Shown piece after piece: positions 61,971 to 64,000 of a DNA stretch of 64,000 bases. The DNA is from the human T2T-CHM13v2.0 reference genome, Homo sapiens. The stretch lies in assembly GCF_009914755.1 (NCBI RefSeq), contig NC_060941.1, one strand, 5' to 3'. The translations under genes and the position numbers were made by a program. The stretch's first letter is position 1. Each line of letters starts with the position of its first letter. A model generated the notes under the pieces. The model worked only from the letters and a program-made list of their open reading frames with translations, made no database searches and was not told the DNA's origin.

Positions 61971-63071
61971 GGCCCTGGCAAACCATCTCTTCCAGGAAGC
62001 TGCATCTTGCTCTGCCTTCCTCCCCTGCCAGCAGCTCAGCCCTGATCATCTCTCACCTGAGGCCCTTAAAAGCCTCCCAATCAGCCTCTCTGCCCCCGAC
62101 CCCCAGGCCTGCACCCGGTCCTCTCCCGCACTGCAGCCCAGCGCTGTCTAACTGAGCGACCTGGGTTACATTTCAGCATCCCCCATGTGATTCCCTGCTG
62201 TCCACACCAGCAAGTCTCTGAGTGCAACCCGCAGCCACGTGCATCATAATCAGCTGAGCTGCTGGTGAAGGGGTAGATTCCTGGGCCTCACCCCTGACAG
62301 ATCCTATCCCAGCCCCTGCGGGAGGGGCCCAGGAATGCAGCCAGTTCACCAGCTGCCCTGCCAAAGCCTGGCAATCTCTGGGCCTAGAGGCTTGAGAACG
62401 GTCAAGCAGCTCGCCCTGGCTCCCCTGGGAGCCACCCTAGCCTGGAACGCTGCACACCAGACAGGGGTGGTAGAGCTCCTGGCCATTCCCAAATGCCCCA
62501 CACCCAGCAGCGCCTGGAATGTGCTCATGCAGGTTCCTCGTGACATGGACACACCCCCTTCCCCATCCTACCCACATGTCCCCAGCCCAGGCCTCGTTCC
62601 CACTCCCCCAGGATGCCCCAACCCTCCAAGGGAACAAAGAGAATGCTCTTCCCTTTCTCCAGAAGCCCAGCACCCGGGCCACATAGTCAAGCGCTTTGTC
62701 TTTGAAACATAAAAATAGCTATAGAAGGGCTCCGTTAGCTGGCATCGGCCAGAGAGAGAACATTTCCATATAATTAGAGCTTACCCTTTCATATGGAAAG
62801 TTAGACATTTCTCTGTCTAAGGCGCCTACGTAGAATATGTAATTTGACCTTCTTTGGGGGAAATTTTGGATTGTCTTTGGGATGATAATATAGGAAATCC
62901 CTCGAGGGCTTTTAAAATGTAAAGAACAGAGGTCCCATAAACTAAGTGACCCCAGAATGCAATTTGGGTTTTTTAAGTCGCCTTTTTAGAGCTTCCTGTG
63001 TCCTCCCTTCCCTGGTCATAACTGTCTGACAGCAGCCACACAAACAAGCTTATTAAAATTGTGGTTTTTTT

Positions 63072-63366
63072 GGCCGGGCGCGGTGGCTCACGCCTGTAAT
63101 CCCAGCACTTTGGGAGGCTGAGGTGGCTGGATCACCTCACGACAGGAGTTCGAGACCAGCCTGACCAACGTGGTGAAACCTCGTCTCTACTAAATACAAA
63201 AAATTAGCCAGGTGTGGTGGTATATGCCTGTAATCCCAGCTACTCAGGAGGCTGAGGCAGGAGAATCACTTGAACCCAGGAGGCGGAGGTTGCGGTGAGC
63301 CAAGATCGCACCACTGTACTCTAGCCTAGGCAACAGAGCAAGACTCCATTTCAAAAAAAAAAAAAA
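63072..63366 (+). mobile_element. Alu
   Basis: Full dimer. Confidence 0.94.
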
Positions 63367-64000
63367 ATGTGTTTTTTAATAAAGTAAGTAGAGTCCGAGG
63401 TGGTGGTGGGCTCTTCCACAGGACCACTGCCTGAGCTTTCACACCTGACCTTATCAATTCAAAGCTGTGGGCATCCCCGGATACAGATAACCCTTGGGGG
63501 AGGTGGAAAATTGTTGCTAGACTCTAGCCTAGAGGTTTTTAACAGCTTGCACAACTGGCCAAATCTTACAAGATAAAAAAAGGTAATGGGAACACATCTA
63601 AAACTTATATGTGGGTCCCTAAATCCAACTATGCAAGTACAGAGGTGGGTGTGTGGAGCAGCACAGGGGACAAAAGACGCTGGGCCACCAGAAGGGCCAA
63701 CGTGACTGTCCCCTGAGTGAACAGAAACGCCTCTAACATGCGAGCGAATGGTGCAGCCCAGCCGGCCCAACCTCACCTGGCCATGCTAGGAGGCAGTGGG
63801 CAAGCGGCAACGCTGTGGTGCCCAGGACGCCGGCAGGCACAGCGCCACGTCCACGGGCACCGCCTGTTCCCACCCTGCAGGACGCCACAGCATCAGACGA
63901 GACGGCCCGTGTGAAGCGCCGAGAACAGAGTCTGGCTTCCGGGAAGGCTCAGGAAATGCCGAGAGCTCGGCAGAGACACCCACGTGGTGCTGGATTCCAC

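Overview
Human genomic DNA, Alu-dense, recognised as the 17q25.3 USP36 / TIMP2 / CEP295NL locus; all three genes are on the minus strand. Left to right: (i) the 5' end of USP36 (CpG-island promoter ~2770-4250, 5'-UTR exon 1 ending at 3538, exon 2 at 1389-1552); (ii) an intergenic RPL9 processed pseudogene split by an Alu, next to a rearranged AT-rich patch inside an old L1; (iii) TIMP2 exons 5, 4, 3 and 2 with a ~2.7 kb multi-polyA 3'UTR; (iv) TIMP2 intron 1, carrying the large coding exon of the nested gene CEP295NL (DDC8), a GT-rich VNTR and an old local duplication. Almost all other ORFs in the track are Alu, microsatellite or GC-rich artefacts. I cannot claim a new biological system. The best leads are an AUG-initiated frame open for at least 81 codons across the two USP36 5'-UTR exons, a 60-bp RPL9 fragment apparently copied into a palindromic AT-rich scar, the intronless retrocopy-like structure of CEP295NL, and an Alu-bracketed, frame-preserving TIMP2 exon 2-3 unit. 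Gene and repeat identities come from recall of known sequences, not a database search; repeat boundaries are approximate.
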